A program made the translations under genes and the position numbers. DNA of 64,000 nucleotides, from the NCBI GenBank assembly GCA_020536535.1, contig JAHLWZ010000860.1, positions 1-64,000 of the forward strand. Direction: 5' to 3'. Below the pieces are notes generated by a model, which made no database searches, was not told the DNA's origin, and saw only the letters and a list, made by a program, of their open reading frames with translations. The stretch's first letter is position 1; the number at the start of each line of letters is the position of its first letter. Source of the stretch: Pelomyxa schiedti (lineage: Eukaryota > Protista > Evosea). This document shows positions 38,801-49,496 of this stretch, piece after piece.

Positions 38801-41800
38801 AGTGTTATACCTGTTTGCCAAGCTGTAATCTCCAGAAATGGCAGCCCGGGAAATCTCTGAAAAATTTTTATGGTGTGTGCTGACTTGCAGTGTTTTTTTG
38901 AAACTTGTGCCCCGAAATGAAAAAATTACATTTACTGCACGTGAGCATTCAATATGCAACTCTTGGAGTGATTCAATTGGCACACTAATGCGCAGGGTTT
39001 GAAGTTGCTCACAGCTCGTTATGTTTACCGAACTCAAAGCAGGATATTTTTCGAGTAGATTGATAACTCTGAGAGATTGGCATCGTTCAATTGTTATTGT
39101 CTGAAGACGCTGAGATTGGCGAGGAAACGAACACTCGCACTGTGAGACACACGATGCAATAACGGTCACTTTGACAAAATGGGGATTAATGGCCAGTATT
39201 TTAGTGAGAGGTATCTCTGCTGTGTAGTTCCTCAATTTCAGCTTTGGTTGTGTACTTGGACTCTTAGACATAAAACCCAAAACTTTTTTTTGCACCACTG
39301 GTGAAGTTTCTTGCCAAACAAGTTTGTTGGCGATTTTGAATTGTAAACCACCATGCAGTTTCTCAAAAATATATGGATTTCCTTGGACAATCAAATCTTT
39401 AATGAGAGAAAGGATCCGGGAGTCTCTTTCAACTTCATGCAACAACATATTTTCATCCCTGAGGCTTGCACCCCCTCCACGCAACCTGAGAAAAGGTCCC
39501 CCATTTTTATCAGGTGGTATACGTGAAGAAAGCATCGAGCGAGTGGAAACACTGCTACTGTTGCCATGATAAAATTGTTCTCGTATCTTCTGGAATCTTA
39601 GTGCAGCAGAAGCAGTTTGGTGATCTTGGTGAAGGTCGATGTAAAACTTGGAAGCAGATTCAGGCATGACGGACTCTAAAAGTTGCAGACCAGTCAAAGG
39701 GGGACCTGCCATTCGAATTATGGCTTGTAATGAGGACATTGATATAAAGAGATCATCAATCAAGCCAGGAGGGAGATAGAACAAGGCCAGACAGCCTTTT
39801 TGGTAATAACTCTGTGCTTCTTCTTTCACTGGGAGTTCTGTTGCAATGGGTCTGGTCCACATCTCTCTTTCTTCTGGAGTGATATCCAATATTTTCCACA
39901 TATTGTGAATCTTCTCCAAATCTTTCATCCAATCCTTCATGAGTGACATTGGATTCAGGAGGAGAAACTCCTGCGATGCTGCAGAATCTATATAATTTCC
40001 TATCTGTGAGAGACAAAATATGACACTTTTCACCATCATCAACTTTTGAACGGATTTGAAACGTCCCTCAGTTCCAACATTAACTTCAGGAGGACTGAAA
40101 GCTCTGTCATTGTCAATCCCAACAAGTTTTCCTGTTCTCTCCTCAAAGATAAAGTTGTTTGGCTTCCCATCTTCTGGCATGGTGATGAGTCCCATGATCA
40201 ACAGTTTCGTGAACATTTCACTTGGAAATGGGCGATCACTCTCTGTTGCAAGATAAGAGTCGAAGGTGGGACCTTGAATTTTCTCTGAAATCAAGACTGG
40301 ATAAACCTCCTCAACAGGTGTTGGGGATAGTTTTCGAATTGTCAGTTTGCCAAAGACCGATTTTGCTGTTCCAAATCCAATGATGCGATCATGCAACAAC
40401 GAGACTGCTTGTTCATACGCTGGAATCTCAGGGAAAAACTTGAAGTAAAACACCTGGTCCTCAATGTCCACAGGCTTCACAAGATGATTGTGAGATCGCA
40501 CGTACACACTGTGTTCGAGTTCTTCTGCGATTTGATCAAGTTGAAGGCGATCTACAACCTTGGGATGAATATCTCCAGCAGCACCACCTGACAAACCAGC
40601 CAGAGCAAGTGTGTATTTATTTCCTCCTGATGATGTTTCTGATGCCTGAAATAGAAAACGAAGCTTTTCTTCAAAGTGCGCCCTTTCTTCAAAAGGGCCT
40701 GGCCTGAAACCATTGGGACTCGGAAACGATGACAAAACAGCTTGTGCCTTGTCCAGAGCAACCTTCGTTGCTTCATCTTTGGCCCTCTTCTTGCATTCGT
40801 TCCAAAAAGACACTTTGGTGCGATGGGGAAATGCACCATAAAAATGTTTCAGAGGAATGACATGAGGAGAATCAGATTCAACGGCACCACCGTCACTCAG
40901 AGAATCAAGAAAAACTTCGGCCAAGATTGGCAGAAATTTGAATTCATCCGAAGGTATCGGCTCATAATCTGACTTGTTCAAGTCCTTGCATGTTTTCAGC
41001 TGTTCCAAGAACAGGTTGAAAGATGCCAAACTGTGAAGAATTACCGAATTTGGAGGCAACCACGCTGGCGGAGCTTCTGCAACTGATGGGAGATCCTTTG
41101 CAGTTGCAGGGGCAGGGGCGGGCACGGGCACAGGCACAGGTGCAGTTGCCGTTGAAGTTGCACCATTTTGGCACAACTTGAAAGAAGACAACCACTCTTT
41201 CCATCTCTTTTTCAGTTGTGTGAACTGTATGTCACTTTCAGAGGACAAGTTGTACCGACAGAGTCCTTCAACCATGTTTTCACTGTCCGAGATAACCCGC
41301 GCAAGAAAATCGAGGTGGAATTGGTTCACAGGGGAGAAGTCAGGCTCTGGAGATGTCTCCATCATTTTTGACGTTCTGTCGATTGCGGCTTCCATCGAAC
41401 TGTCTAAGAGCCCACGGATATAACACACTGCCCCATATTGTATCGGGAAGAAGTGTTTCATCATTCCAACAGTGTTCATTGCTCCCTTGATGATCGCCGA
41501 TTGTTCAGGGGAAAAAGAGGAACGGGGAATGGGATCGTCGGGAAACGGTGGAATTTTGGGGTTTTTGGCGAGAGAAACCTGAATCTCCAAAAGTTGTTGA
41601 AGGTGGCTTTGACACGATTGCAACAGAATCCAGGGGAAAGCAGAGCCTGCGGTGCCTGCCATGCTCTCGAATTTCTTCTTGTTTTGAAGGATATTGGTGA
41701 ACAGATCCAGAGGGTGTGAAATATCTTCGAGGATGGGAAAGAAGAACAGTTTCAAGCTGCTTGCCAGAGTGAGGAACAGGTTGCAGAGAGCTTTCAGGTA

Positions 41801-44588
41801 CACGACTGCCGCTGGTGCTGCTGTTGCTGAGGCTGCGGGAGGATCACCAACCCGATTTTGTGTTGTGATGGACAGTGCACTGTCGTTCATGCCCCTCAGA
41901 GTGGACACATAAATCGAAAGTGCAATCAATTGGTGTCGTTTCAGTTGCTCCTGGAATGGTGGCCTTAGTTTTTCAATGCGAATGTATTTGCTCATGAACA
42001 TGTCCCATTGTTGGTGCGATGCTTTTTCCTGCAAGAACTCTGCACAGTGTCGAGAATACGTTTTAAAAAAGGAACTTTGCTGTGTGCAAAGGGGAACCAC
42101 AGTGCAGTACCATTGCCAAGTTTGAGAAATGTGGTCGAGGTTTCCTGGTGTGGCTGTTACCCTCTCGAGAAAAGTGGATGCCAGCCAACATTCGGTGACA
42201 GTAAGTTTTGGTGATATTTGAAAAGAAGTACCAGCACATTTTCGAGCCAAGTGATGAGCAGCACAACTGGTGAAACTTGAAAACAGTCCTTGCAGAAAAA
42301 TCAGGAATTTTTCCACCCACAGGTCTTTCTCTTCACTTTCTGCAGCATCAATGTCGTAAACAATGATTGTTTCAACTGGATTCAACAACATGTTGCATTC
42401 TGACCACCCAACGTTTCCTTTGCTGCAAAGTACAACTGAGCAAGGAGAGAACCTGACACCCAAAAGAGACTCACTGTGATTAAAGAGCGTGTCCAGAAGT
42501 TGATTGAGTGATGCCGAAAATTCCTTGTCACTCAAGGAAGTTGGGGAATTCAACAAACGTTTGTGAGGCAGCCAGAACCTGTCAACCAATTCACATACAG
42601 ACAAAAGACTGGCCGTGTCACTTTTACAACAACACGAAGGGGGTGGCAGGATGGAAATTGAAGATGCAGTCTCCAAAGCTTTCATGATGGTTTTCCGGCA
42701 TGAAGTGGCAGCAATCTCACTCTCACAATTGTTGCCTTCCGTGTTTTCGAAACTGCTGCTGCTGGTGGTGGTTTCTGAACATTTCGTCACAATCAAGGAA
42801 CACTGAGCGAGAAGGAGGAATCGCTGAAACCACCCAAGTGACGATAAGTCCTGTTGTGAACCTTTGTTCAACATCTCCAGTAAAACTGCCAGCGGCAGTG
42901 ATGCCCACTTCTCTTTGAAGAGCAGGTAAAAGTCGTTGACGATCGGGAGCAATTTGTTTCGGACTCCTTTTTCCGGCAGGTGCATGACTCGGCACATGTA
43001 ACAGTTCAGAAGCTTCGTGCAGTGTGTGCTGGCTGCGTGTTCGGCCAGAGTGGGATTCGCGTTGGAATAAAGGAAAGTGGCACAAAGCAGATCACGGGCA
43101 AAGAAAGCATCGACGATGGTGGGGTCGGCCGCACCCTTGACCTCGGTCAAGGTCTGCTGAATCCTCCCCTCAAAATATGTGGTGCTGCTTGGCAATTGTT
43201 TCCAGTGAACTGGAGTCACACGTGAATCACAATAATCTATGGACGCCATATCCAGCTCCTGATGTGAAACCAAACCCTCAACAATTTTGTTGATCTTCCT
43301 TTGGAGGCATGTGAGGTGTTGATGAAGCGACGAAAAAAGAAGATCCCCTTGAAGATCAATTTGTGGTTGCATTGCAGCAAGGAAACTGGAAAATTGTTGG
43401 GCAGTGCCACCGATTGCTGAGAGTCTGTTTTGGTGGATGTGGCTGACGATGCTGGCATAAACAACATCCAGAACTGGAAGAAGGTAATCAAAAGAAGAAG
43501 CCTCATCTGCACTGTGTATATACGAGAATAGGTGCTTGGTGTCATCTAATGCAGAAATAATAGGGAAAAAAGTTAGAGTTGGGTTTTTGTATGTGGTTCC
43601 TCTTACTGGTTTGTTTTTGAAGAAATGCCAGGTACTCCTCCCGCTCTTTGCTCAGGGGTGGAGCCGTCGTAGCTGCAGCACAATTCCGAACGGAACCATT
43701 GTCAGTACAGGTATTTAATACAACAGGTGTCTGCAAAGGTGGTGCAGTTGATGTGGGCATCTGTGTTGGAGATGGTACACGCGTGAGTGTATTGTTCTGC
43801 ACCACAGAAGGTAGAGGCCCTGCCCCCTGTGTGCCCTTTCTAGTACTAGAATTTATAGTCGTTGCTACTGCTGCTTCTGTAGTAGTAGTTGTTGTTGTTG
43901 TTGCTGCTGTAATATTTACAGTGGGTGGGGCTGGTAGATTTATTGGTGTTGGTGTACTTTGTAACACAGGTTTCTGTACAAGTTTGTTGGGCATATAAAA
44001 CACATGCACCGGGGGCATCACCACCTGCTGTGGCGGAGCCTGAGCCGGAATCCCGGTACATTGCGGAGGGCGGGGGAGCGGCTGGGCCACTGGGAGGGGA
44101 ATCCACGTCTGCGGCACGTTGGGGTGTTCGGGCGGGTGCGGGCTGTTAGGCGGCGGGGGAGGGACCACTGGGGGCGGGGAGGGCAGCACCTGGGCCTGTT
44201 GTTGCGCGGGAGGGCGCTTGGGCGGGGGCGTCGGCGGGGCCCGCGCGGGGCGAAGGGTACCTGGGAGCTGCGGGTCGGGCCGGGCCGCCCCGGGGGGCGG
44301 CGGCTGTTGGAGCCACGCGAGTGGGGGGGGGAAGGGATAGTTCGGCGGCGGCTGGGTTGCCCGCGACGGCTGCGGTATCAGCGGCGGCTCGGTTGCCCGC
44401 GGCGGCGGCGGGGGTAACTGGTACGCCACAGCAGGAGGGGGGAGCGGGGAGGGCAGCGCCCGTGGCACCGGCGGCGCACACGTGTGGTTGGGGAAGGAAC
44501 CCGTCTCAGGGCCTGGGGGGTATGGGCTCCCACCAAAGTTGTTGGACGTCACAGGGATCGGGGTTAGAGTGCCACTCGACCGTATCAT
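35872..44588 (-). CDS. Giant multidomain protein, copy A: Pro-rich N-terminus, helical region, atypical PI3K/PI4K/AFK-like kinase domain, short LRR-like region and ~22 ankyrin repeats
   Basis: Exon 1 from ATG 44588, then a ~5.1 kb exon (43545-38420) containing YFKFFPE, PEDGKPNNFI and LVGIDNDRAF, then small ankyrin exons (e.g. DGKTALLLACAAGQ, GNTAFLYASQRGH, GFTALHLAVQR). Kinase-fold assignment is motif-based. Confidence 0.85.
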
Positions 44589-44869
44589 TTGGAAACCAAC
44601 ACTCCATCACAACCCAGAAAACCAGACTGGGTGTTACTTCTACGATTACAAAAGGATCCCCTCCATCATGACTTTGGGGTGTTCGATCCAGTTTCCCAGC
44701 AGTCCAAGTCCTGAAAGATATTTATAGGTTGGTCGCTCGGATTTCGACCCAACTTGCCCTCTCGGCACATAAACCAACTCGCAGACTCAAAAACACATCA
44801 TACTGTAAAACATCTTCGGTGGAGCGTTGTGGGTTGGAACATCCAGAAGAACCAGTAAGGCTTTGCAGA

Positions 44870-47800
44870 ATGTCCGACAGGGAAATCCAGCAAAACGACT
44901 TGAAATCCGTTGTTTCGTCTTCTACTACCCCCAACTACACTCCACACCAACGACCCAGCCCGGCCTACAATGTGGACGAGGACCTCATCGACGAGTACCA
45001 GTCCATCCAGGCCTCCTGCTCCCTCCCGCTCCTCCGCGGGTCAGTGCCGGAGCCCCCGGCCGCCTCCGCCTCTGCCTCGGCCTCGGCCTCGGCCTCCGAC
45101 TTGCAGCAGGCGGCCACGCCCGCTCGCCGCCCGCGGCTGCCCGCAGTTCCCTGGGCTCGCTGGCTCGCCCTGGTAGAAAAGACCGTCGTCGCCGAGTACT
45201 GCCACCAGCTGCCCATTAGCTCCTCGCTTGCGGCCCTCCGCTCCATGCTCTCCATGCTCTCCCTGCTCCGTGCTCGCCGTAAGCTCCTTTCGTCGTTGGC
45301 CCCCAGGCCTGACCAGTCGTCCGATGGTCATGGTGATGGCGAGAAAGACAGCGCCGACGAGGGCGTCGTCAAGGAAATGTGGAATAAGCTGCTTCCCGGG
45401 GTGGTATTTGCCTTCAAGATCTATTCCACAACTGACGTTGTTGTGGCTGCGGGGCAGTGCCTCAGTCTTCTTGTTCTCGAGGCTCATGCTGCCCAGGGTA
45501 TCTTCCAACCCAGTTTGGTCGACCTTTACGGGACACTCAAAGCCGTGTTAGATGTGGTTTCCAAATCGTCACTAGTCCCGCTGCCTATTATGGCTGTAGT
45601 CTGCAAGGTTTTGGCATCGTTGCACAAGTTATTGCACAAGGTTTATGTCACAAAAAAGGAAGAGAAGATCCTGTCCGAGATTGAGAACTACATTCGGTGC
45701 TTCAGGTCTAACTGGCAAAGAGAGCAGGGGGGGCCAGAACTAGCCGACGCGATGTGCAAGCTTCTGAGGGTTAATGGTCAGCGCCCTCGCTGGCCTCGCA
45801 CTCGAGACGTGAAGTGGGCCGCAACCCTTCTGAAGATAGACTTACCATTAAGACTCACTGAGAAGCTGGCAGTGATAACAAGTAATCTCACCAAAGATGC
45901 TTCAGCCACTGAGCACAGCTACTTACTTTTTTCCCCATCTTTGCAATGTTTGAAGCGCCACTGTTACTGCGACTGTGATCTAAGCAGCACACCCGGCAAA
46001 ATATGTGTAATTTCACACAATCTATGTGAGGCCCTGCATGCGCTCCTTCGACCCCCCAAATTTGGGGTACTCCAATCAGCACTCTCTGGTGGCCTTATGG
46101 AAGTTGTCGTAGTAGTACTGAATTCTCACCCATACACTGCTGTGCAAGTAGTTTGCTGCCAAATAATGCTGGTACTTCTCCCACATCGCCAATTCTCCAC
46201 AATCTGCCCGGTAGTTCAAGCAGTTCTTAAGGCTGTAGACCGAAGGGAGCCCCTTCAACATTTTGCCTTATCTGTTCTCCTTGCATTAGCGAACTACCCA
46301 AGGTTTGAATCACATCGAGCTGTTTTGGACACTGTGCTTTCTTTGACGACAAAAACTGATACAGCGTGGGAAGTGATTGCTAAGGTCTCTGAATCCCATC
46401 TAGAAGGTCACGAGGCAGTTAAAATTCTGCATGATCTTGTTGAATTCCTGGGGAGCAGATCTACAGCTTTGCCGAAACTGCCAGGTTACGCAATCAAGGT
46501 AGTATCACATGTTATTGGCCACATTACAGACTCGGCAGCTCTCCAGGACATATCCTGGATTTCTGAAGCTTTCTTCTCTCAATATCGCCAGCGCAACTCG
46601 TTTTCCTACTCTGAAGTGTGTACATTTATAGAGTGCATGGCACTTAAAGTTTTAAGTGTGCCACACCTGGTGAAAAGTGGTGTCCTAGATATCCTTGTGC
46701 CAGTGCTGGCGGATTCAAAAAGCATAGTCACTGGATGTAAAGCTGTGATGAGACTTGTCCAGGACGACCTCATGAAGGATGTTATTGCCTCTAAAATGAA
46801 GCCTGAAGTTATTAAAGCAATAGAAATGTTAGGACCTACTCCAACCACAAGTGAAGTCTATTATCTATGGCGTACACTTGTAGCCTTCATAACATCTGAG
46901 CGGAGTACCTATGTGCCGAGTGAACTACAACCAGTGGTCACTGCAATGTTGTCAGGCGAATTTATCATACTTTTCCCCAGGGCTTATGAACATATGTTAT
47001 TGTTGTCAAAATCAGAGTCATCTTCTTTTCTGCCTATCATGAAAAACATCCCAGAACTCTTTCCACGTAACTCCTTCTCCAAGACGGCAGCCGATTTAAT
47101 AGATAGAATGACCACATCTCTAAGCAAAGATTGCAGAAATTCCCTTCCCATACCACTTCCATTAGTCAAACTCCTTCTTGAATTCGTCTTGAGTGTTGAC
47201 GAGTATATCTCACAGAGTACATGGAGATCTCTTCTGCGGCTACTCAAATTTAAATCTGGGCTCGAAGAGGCATTGAAATTGGGTATATTAGATATACTTC
47301 CACATCTGGCAGAAAATATTAAAAAAAAGGAAAAGCATACACAGCAAGAAGCCTTGAAAATGCTAGTTCGTACCTTCAATTATCTTCAGCCGCACAATAT
47401 CCCCAGAGGAACCTTTTTGAGTTACATTCAAGTATTATTAGAGCAGTTCTCCTACCTTCAGAGAGTATCCTTTAACACAGTCTGGAGGGGAATTGCCTGC
47501 TACTTCTCAGGATCTTCTTCAGGCACCCTCTGGGAAGATGTTCTCCTCGTGATGAAGAAATGTCCATGCTTAATTAAAGTGCAAATTTTAGCATTGAAGA
47601 CCTTGCACCACAGTTTATCCCTTGAACATATCAAAGCAGTAAATCCATCAATAGAGATCATTGCCAGTATACTGGAAAGCAAAGGCAAACTCTCTAGAAA
47701 TGCCAGGTGGTGTAAGTGGGCTTTCCGTGTCGTCAAACATTCGCATCCTAGCTATCTGGTTTGCAATGTTGTAGAACTGGTGCAACGTAATTTTGTTACC

Positions 47801-49042
47801 TTTTGCTTTGTAGCACTATGTCCATCTCAAGCAAAATTATGCTCCTCGGCGCTGAAGACACTCTGCTTCATCTCCAGTATTCCATTTGGTTATGAGGCTA
47901 TCAACTCCATTTGTGATATTGGAAAAATTATCACCAAGGTGAAGACGCATCACCCAAATACTGTAGAACCCCTTTTGTATCTTCTAAAGAAGTCTGTGCA
48001 TGACACTCCTTCTGCCCAAAGTGCCCAGTCACAACTAGACAAATTGCCAATTTTGGAATCATTATCAATGTATAGCAGGGCGCACAAGCTCTATGTCGAT
48101 GTTTACACGAAACTACTTCAATACAGCACCCCAAGCCCGCCCAAATTTGGAGCACCGGCTCCTCCAACAGTAGGGAAAATATGCCAATCCCATGCCCCTG
48201 ATACCCTCTGTTTCGCCTGCTACCACTTTGAAGAATTCCACACATGCATCACCTGCGACGGCCCCTCCTCCTCCCGTAATTACTGCCGCGGCTGCATCGC
48301 AGCTTCCCACTACAGGCACGAAATAAGCCCCCCAACACTCTTGGTGGCCGCCTGCTGCTGCGCCCCCGCGGGCGAAACGAGCGGCCTGACCATTGTGGTC
48401 CCCGACCGTGGCTTCTTCAGCGCGGACCTGTCCAATTCGCTCCAAGCCGCACTTCTGCAGGGGTGCGGGCTTGGCCGCGGGCAGCTGGAGGTGCGCCCGC
48501 CGCAGACCGCCGTGCACATCCCCGATGCCCGGCGGTGCTTGCTGGTCCGGGTGCGCGCCGAGCGGCACTCTGACATCCACAGGGCGGCCGCGGCCCTGCG
48601 GTCCGCCGACGCCGCGGTGCTGCTGCTGTGCGCGGTGAGGTTCCCGCGGGTGGGCGGCGGGAGCTTCTTGCGCACCCTCTCGGCGCTGGCACTGCACATG
48701 ATAGGCCAGTTCTTGTGCCACAGCCCAACTCTCCTGCGGCTACTGTTGGACAACAGAGTGAAAATGCTGGAGGGGCCTGGGCCGTGTGGCTCCGCGGACA
48801 CCCAGAATAGTGCTTCTTCTAAGAAGAAGCCCTATTCCTTGCGGACACAACCACAATATACAGAGGGAGTGAAGTGTCTGTATGAGGTTCCTCTGTCTAT
48901 GTGCAAACACTGCTGGATGCCGTTTGAGAGGTGCGAGTGCCCAGTGGTTGACAACTACTGGTGTAGGAACACTGGCCTAATAATATCCAAGTGTACCTGT
49001 GGCTGCAGACAGCGTGTTTTGGATATACAGTCTGGGAGGTGA
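44870..49042 (+). CDS. Intronless ~1390-aa ARM/HEAT-like protein with a UBR-like zinc finger and Cys-rich C-terminus
   Basis: One uninterrupted ORF rich in amphipathic Leu/Val helices, with C..C...C..C...HY.H....CCC at ~48180-48365 and a terminal CKHC..CEC..C..CTCGC. Confidence 0.7.
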   Translation: MSDREIQQNDLKSVVSSSTTPNYTPHQRPSPAYNVDEDLIDEYQSIQASCSLPLLRGSVPEPPAASASASASASASDLQQAATPARRPRLPAVPWARWLALVEKTVVAEYCHQLPISSSLAALRSMLSMLSLLRARRKLLSSLAPRPDQSSDGHGDGEKDSADEGVVKEMWNKLLPGVVFAFKIYSTTDVVVAAGQCLSLLVLEAHAAQGIFQPSLVDLYGTLKAVLDVVSKSSLVPLPIMAVVCKVLASLHKLLHKVYVTKKEEKILSEIENYIRCFRSNWQREQGGPELADAMCKLLRVNGQRPRWPRTRDVKWAATLLKIDLPLRLTEKLAVITSNLTKDASATEHSYLLFSPSLQCLKRHCYCDCDLSSTPGKICVISHNLCEALHALLRPPKFGVLQSALSGGLMEVVVVVLNSHPYTAVQVVCCQIMLVLLPHRQFSTICPVVQAVLKAVDRREPLQHFALSVLLALANYPRFESHRAVLDTVLSLTTKTDTAWEVIAKVSESHLEGHEAVKILHDLVEFLGSRSTALPKLPGYAIKVVSHVIGHITDSAALQDISWISEAFFSQYRQRNSFSYSEVCTFIECMALKVLSVPHLVKSGVLDILVPVLADSKSIVTGCKAVMRLVQDDLMKDVIASKMKPEVIKAIEMLGPTPTTSEVYYLWRTLVAFITSERSTYVPSELQPVVTAMLSGEFIILFPRAYEHMLLLSKSESSSFLPIMKNIPELFPRNSFSKTAADLIDRMTTSLSKDCRNSLPIPLPLVKLLLEFVLSVDEYISQSTWRSLLRLLKFKSGLEEALKLGILDILPHLAENIKKKEKHTQQEALKMLVRTFNYLQPHNIPRGTFLSYIQVLLEQFSYLQRVSFNTVWRGIACYFSGSSSGTLWEDVLLVMKKCPCLIKVQILALKTLHHSLSLEHIKAVNPSIEIIASILESKGKLSRNARWCKWAFRVVKHSHPSYLVCNVVELVQRNFVTFCFVALCPSQAKLCSSALKTLCFISSIPFGYEAINSICDIGKIITKVKTHHPNTVEPLLYLLKKSVHDTPSAQSAQSQLDKLPILESLSMYSRAHKLYVDVYTKLLQYSTPSPPKFGAPAPPTVGKICQSHAPDTLCFACYHFEEFHTCITCDGPSSSRNYCRGCIAASHYRHEISPPTLLVAACCCAPAGETSGLTIVVPDRGFFSADLSNSLQAALLQGCGLGRGQLEVRPPQTAVHIPDARRCLLVRVRAERHSDIHRAAAALRSADAAVLLLCAVRFPRVGGGSFLRTLSALALHMIGQFLCHSPTLLRLLLDNRVKMLEGPGPCGSADTQNSASSKKKPYSLRTQPQYTEGVKCLYEVPLSMCKHCWMPFERCECPVVDNYWCRNTGLIISKCTCGCRQRVLDIQSGR

Positions 49043-49496
49043 AAACAGCATCGATTTTCTGTCACCAGCAAGGCAAAAAAAACCACCTGTACACTCCTGT
49101 ATCCTGGCATTTTGAACCAGATTTCGTTCTCTTGTGAGGTCTCTCTACTGTATCTCTACATCACAACCCCATGAAAAATAAAAACCAAAAGTTTGTGGAT
49201 AGACTTTTTTTGGATTATTCTCCAATTTGCTTTACATCTTGAAACGTCCTCTGCATCAGCCAGCCACAGAGACGGAAACCTTTTTCCATGACGCACAATG
49301 TTCGGCATCCGTTCTACTCAACTGCATAAGATGAAGAATTTATTTTGTTCATTTGTCGTCGGCACTGTCTACGATTCTAAACAACGTTGGGCTAGTTAAG
49401 CACTTTAACGCGAGCAGTGTTTGCTGAGAACGTAGTTTCAGTGACCCCGTTGTGGAACTCGCAGGATTCTCGGCGTGATCAGTGATGTCGGCGCAG

